Source: Betaproteobacteria bacterium (lineage in GTDB: Bacteria; Pseudomonadota; Gammaproteobacteria; Burkholderiales; SG8-41). From it: DNA of 64,000 nt. Numbering within the stretch: the stretch's first letter is position 1; the number at the start of each line of letters is the position of its first letter. A program made the translations under genes and the position numbers. Shown here in pieces: positions 61,294 to 64,000 of the stretch. The stretch is taken from NCBI GenBank assembly GCA_046339595.1, contig JBKDUF010000048.1, forward strand, positions 4,351-68,350. Direction: 5' to 3'. The notes under the pieces are model-generated. The model did no database searches, was not told where the DNA came from, and worked only from the letters and a program-made list of their open reading frames with translations.

Positions 61294-63318
61294 ATGGACA
61301 TCGTCACTTTCCCCGACAGCCCGTACCGACTGCACCAGAGTTTCGCGCCGGCGGGCGACCAGCCGGAAGCCATCGCGAAGCTGGTAGAGGGCGTCCGCGA
61401 CGGGCTGTCATTCCAGACACTGCTCGGCGTCACCGGCTCGGGCAAGACCTACACCATGGCCCATGTCATCGCCCGGCTGGGCGTGCCGGCGCTGGTGATG
61501 GCGCCCAACAAGACGCTGGCCGCCCAGCTCTATGCCGAGTTCCGCGAGTTTTTTCCGGAAAACTCGGTCGAGTACTTCGTCTCCTACTACGACTATTACC
61601 AGCCCGAAGCCTATGTGCCCTCGAAGGACCTGTTCATCGAGAAGGACTCGAGCATCAATGAGCACATCGAGCAGATGCGGCTGTCGGCGACCAAGGCCCT
61701 GCTGGAGAGGCGGGACAGCATCATCGTCGCCACCGTTTCGGCGATCTATGGCATCGGGGATCCTTCCGACTACCACAACATGATCCTGCACCTGCGCGAA
61801 GGGGAAAAACTGCCGCAGCGTGAAGCCATCGGTCGCCTGATTTCGATGCAGTACGAGCGCAACGAAATCGAGTTCAGGCGGGGAGTGTTCCGGGTCCGCG
61901 GCGACGTGATCGACATCTTTCCGGCAGAAAACTCGGAGACTGCAGTACGCGTTTCGCTGTTCGACGACGAGGTGGAAAGCATCCATGTCTTCGATCCGCT
62001 GACCGGGCACATCCTGCAGCGGCTGCCGCGATTTACGGTCTATCCGTCCAGCCACTACGTCACACCCCGGGAGACCACGCTGCGCGCAATCGAGGCGATC
62101 AAGCTCGAGCTGCGCGAACGGATCGAGTATTTCCAGAAGCACAACAAGCTGGTGGAGTGCCAGCGCATCGAGCAGCGCACCCGTTTCGACCTCGAGATGC
62201 TCAATGAAATGGGCTTCTGCAAGGGCATTGAAAACTACTCGCGCCACCTCTCGGGCCGCGCCCCCGGAGAGCCGCCGCCGACGCTGATCGACTACCTGCC
62301 GCCCGGTGCGGTGATGTTCCTCGACGAGAGCCACGTCACCATACCCCAGGTGGGCGGCATGTACAAGGGCGACCGCGCCCGCAAGGAGAACCTGGTTGAA
62401 TACGGCTTCCGCCTGCCTTCCGCCCTGGACAACCGCCCGCTGCGCTTCGACGAATTCGAGAAATTCATGCGCCGGGTGGTGTTCGTTTCTGCGACGCCTG
62501 CCAATTACGAGCGCGAGCACCAGGGCCAGGTGGTAGAGCAGGTTGTACGCCCCACCGGACTGGTCGACCCGAAGATCGAGGTGCGTCCGGCCTCCAGCCA
62601 GGTGGACGACCTGCTGTCCGAAGCCAACGCGCGCATCCGGGCCGGCGAGCGCGTGCTCGTGACCACACTGACCAAGCGCATGGCCGAGGATCTGACCGAC
62701 TATCTTTCCGAGCACGGCATCAAGGTGCGCTACCTGCATTCGGACGTGGATACCGTCGAGCGGGTCGAGATCATCCGCGACCTGCGGCTCGGCGAGTTCG
62801 ATGTGCTGGTGGGCATCAACCTGTTGCGTGAGGGGCTGGACCTGCCCGAGGTGTCGCTGGTGGCCATCCTCGATGCGGACAAGGAGGGTTTCCTGCGCTC
62901 CGAGCGTTCGCTGATCCAGACCATAGGCCGCGCCGCGCGCCACCTCAACGGCACCGCTATTCTCTATGCCGACCGCACCACGGACTCGATGAAACGCGCC
63001 ATCGGCGAAACCGAACGCCGCCGTTCGAAGCAGATCGCCCACAACATTGGGCACGGCATCACGCCGGTCGGCGTGACCAAGCGCATCAAGGACATCATCG
63101 AAGGCATTTATGACGGCGACAGCGCACGCCTGGAGCAGAAAGCGGCACGGAACCAGGCGCGTTATGACGAAATGGGTGAGAAGGAGATGACCCGGGAAAT
63201 CAAGCGCGTGGAGAAGGAGATGCTAGATGCGGCGCGCAACCTTGAATTCGAAAAGGCCGCCAGGCTGCGCGATGAGCTGCAGTTGCTGAAAAAAAGGCTG
63301 TTCATCGACGCGGCATGA
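61294..63318 (+). CDS. uvrB: excinuclease ABC subunit B
   Basis: [15 protein letters not shown] (Walker A), the beta-hairpin region [10 protein letters not shown], and the C-terminal UVR domain ([12 protein letters not shown]). Confidence 0.97.
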   Translation: MDIVTFPDSPYRLHQSFAPAGDQPEAIAKLVEGVRDGLSFQTLLGVTGSGKTYTMAHVIARLGVPALVMAPNKTLAAQLYAEFREFFPENSVEYFVSYYDYYQPEAYVPSKDLFIEKDSSINEHIEQMRLSATKALLERRDSIIVATVSAIYGIGDPSDYHNMILHLREGEKLPQREAIGRLISMQYERNEIEFRRGVFRVRGDVIDIFPAENSETAVRVSLFDDEVESIHVFDPLTGHILQRLPRFTVYPSSHYVTPRETTLRAIEAIKLELRERIEYFQKHNKLVECQRIEQRTRFDLEMLNEMGFCKGIENYSRHLSGRAPGEPPPTLIDYLPPGAVMFLDESHVTIPQVGGMYKGDRARKENLVEYGFRLPSALDNRPLRFDEFEKFMRRVVFVSATPANYEREHQGQVVEQVVRPTGLVDPKIEVRPASSQVDDLLSEANARIRAGERVLVTTLTKRMAEDLTDYLSEHGIKVRYLHSDVDTVERVEIIRDLRLGEFDVLVGINLLREGLDLPEVSLVAILDADKEGFLRSERSLIQTIGRAARHLNGTAILYADRTTDSMKRAIGETERRRSKQIAHNIGHGITPVGVTKRIKDIIEGIYDGDSARLEQKAARNQARYDEMGEKEMTREIKRVEKEMLDAARNLEFEKAARLRDELQLLKKRLFIDAA

Positions 63319-63395
63319 GCGTTGGCCAGTCTTGCGGCGGCATGCCCGCGCCGCTAAGCTCGTTATCCTGACTTTTTACCTGGTTCGTATCCATC

Positions 63396-64000
63396 GTGTC
63401 CATTCAAAACCTTGCCGAGCTTGGGGCTGCCGAGCAGTCCCGGCTGATCGCAGGCAAATTGATATCGCCGGTTGAGCTGGTGCAGGCCTGTCTCGGGCGT
63501 ATCGAGCGCTGGAATCCGTTGCTGAGTGCCTACATCACGGTCTGCGCCGATGCAGCGCTTGCTGCGGCAAAGCTTGCCGAGCGCGAGATCATGGCCGGCA
63601 AGTGGCGCGGTCCGCTGCACGGTCTGCCTTTCGGTGTCAAAGACCAGCTCAATACCGCGGGCATTCGCACCACGCTGGGCTCGAAAGTGTTACGCGACCA
63701 CGTGCCGGATCACGATGCCACGGTGATTGCGCGGCTGAAGGCCGCTGGCGCGATCCTCATCGGCAAGGAAAACCTGCACGAATTCGGCAAGGGCGGCACC
63801 GTCGAATTTCCGTACGGGCAACCGCGCAACCCCTGGAATCCCGCGCACAATCCGGCGGGCTCCTCCAGCGGTTCCGGCATTGCGGTGGCCGCCGGCATGA
63901 GTTCGGGCTCCCTGGGCGAGGATACCGGTGGCTCGGTACGCAGTCCGGCCGCAGCCAACGGCATTGTCGGTCTGCGTCCCACATTCGGCCGCGTCAGCCG
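63396..64000 (+). CDS. amidase (amidase-signature family), 3' end outside window
   Basis: Not in the supplied track because no stop lies in the window. From GTG 63396 it reads VSIQNLAELGAAEQSRLIAGKLISPVELV...GLPFGVKDQ...GSSSGSGIAVAAG...GEDTGGSVRSPAA (AS signature). Confidence 0.85.
   Translation, partial: MSIQNLAELGAAEQSRLIAGKLISPVELVQACLGRIERWNPLLSAYITVCADAALAAAKLAEREIMAGKWRGPLHGLPFGVKDQLNTAGIRTTLGSKVLRDHVPDHDATVIARLKAAGAILIGKENLHEFGKGGTVEFPYGQPRNPWNPAHNPAGSSSGSGIAVAAGMSSGSLGEDTGGSVRSPAAANGIVGLRPTFGRVS

Overview
GC-rich betaproteobacterial chromosome segment (inference: Rhodocyclales/Burkholderiales-like, from the gyrA-serC-serA-pheA-hisC-tyrA-aroA-cmk-rpsA-ihfB-lapAB-pyrF gene order and an earP-efp pair). 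Most of the window is housekeeping: a TctABC transporter cluster, a SoeABC-like molybdoenzyme operon, cspA, earP/efp, ubiG, gyrA, aromatic amino acid and serine genes, LPS heptose genes, lysC, uvrB, three tRNAs and one tmRNA. All product names come from reading the translated ORFs and recalling family motifs, since no searches were possible.

Main observations:
1. The tmRNA gene ssrA (22201..22833, minus strand) is split inside its T-loop by a 269-nt structured insert with group I intron hallmarks.
2. A decayed free-standing single-motif LAGLIDADG homing-endonuclease gene lies 58 nt past the tmRNA CCA end.
3. gyrA carries an in-frame TAA exactly where a conserved Tyr is expected.
4. A DsbA/FrnE-like gene has TGA in place of the first Cys of its CPWC active site. 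It is either a selenocysteine candidate or a nonsense mutation.
5. An AT-rich ~20-30 bp motif recurs five times in intergenic spacers, in both orientations.
6. A lower-GC islet downstream of tRNA-Ser(GCU) holds an IS3 remnant and several gene fragments.

Many long antisense ORFs in the supplied track are GC-driven shadow frames and were not called.
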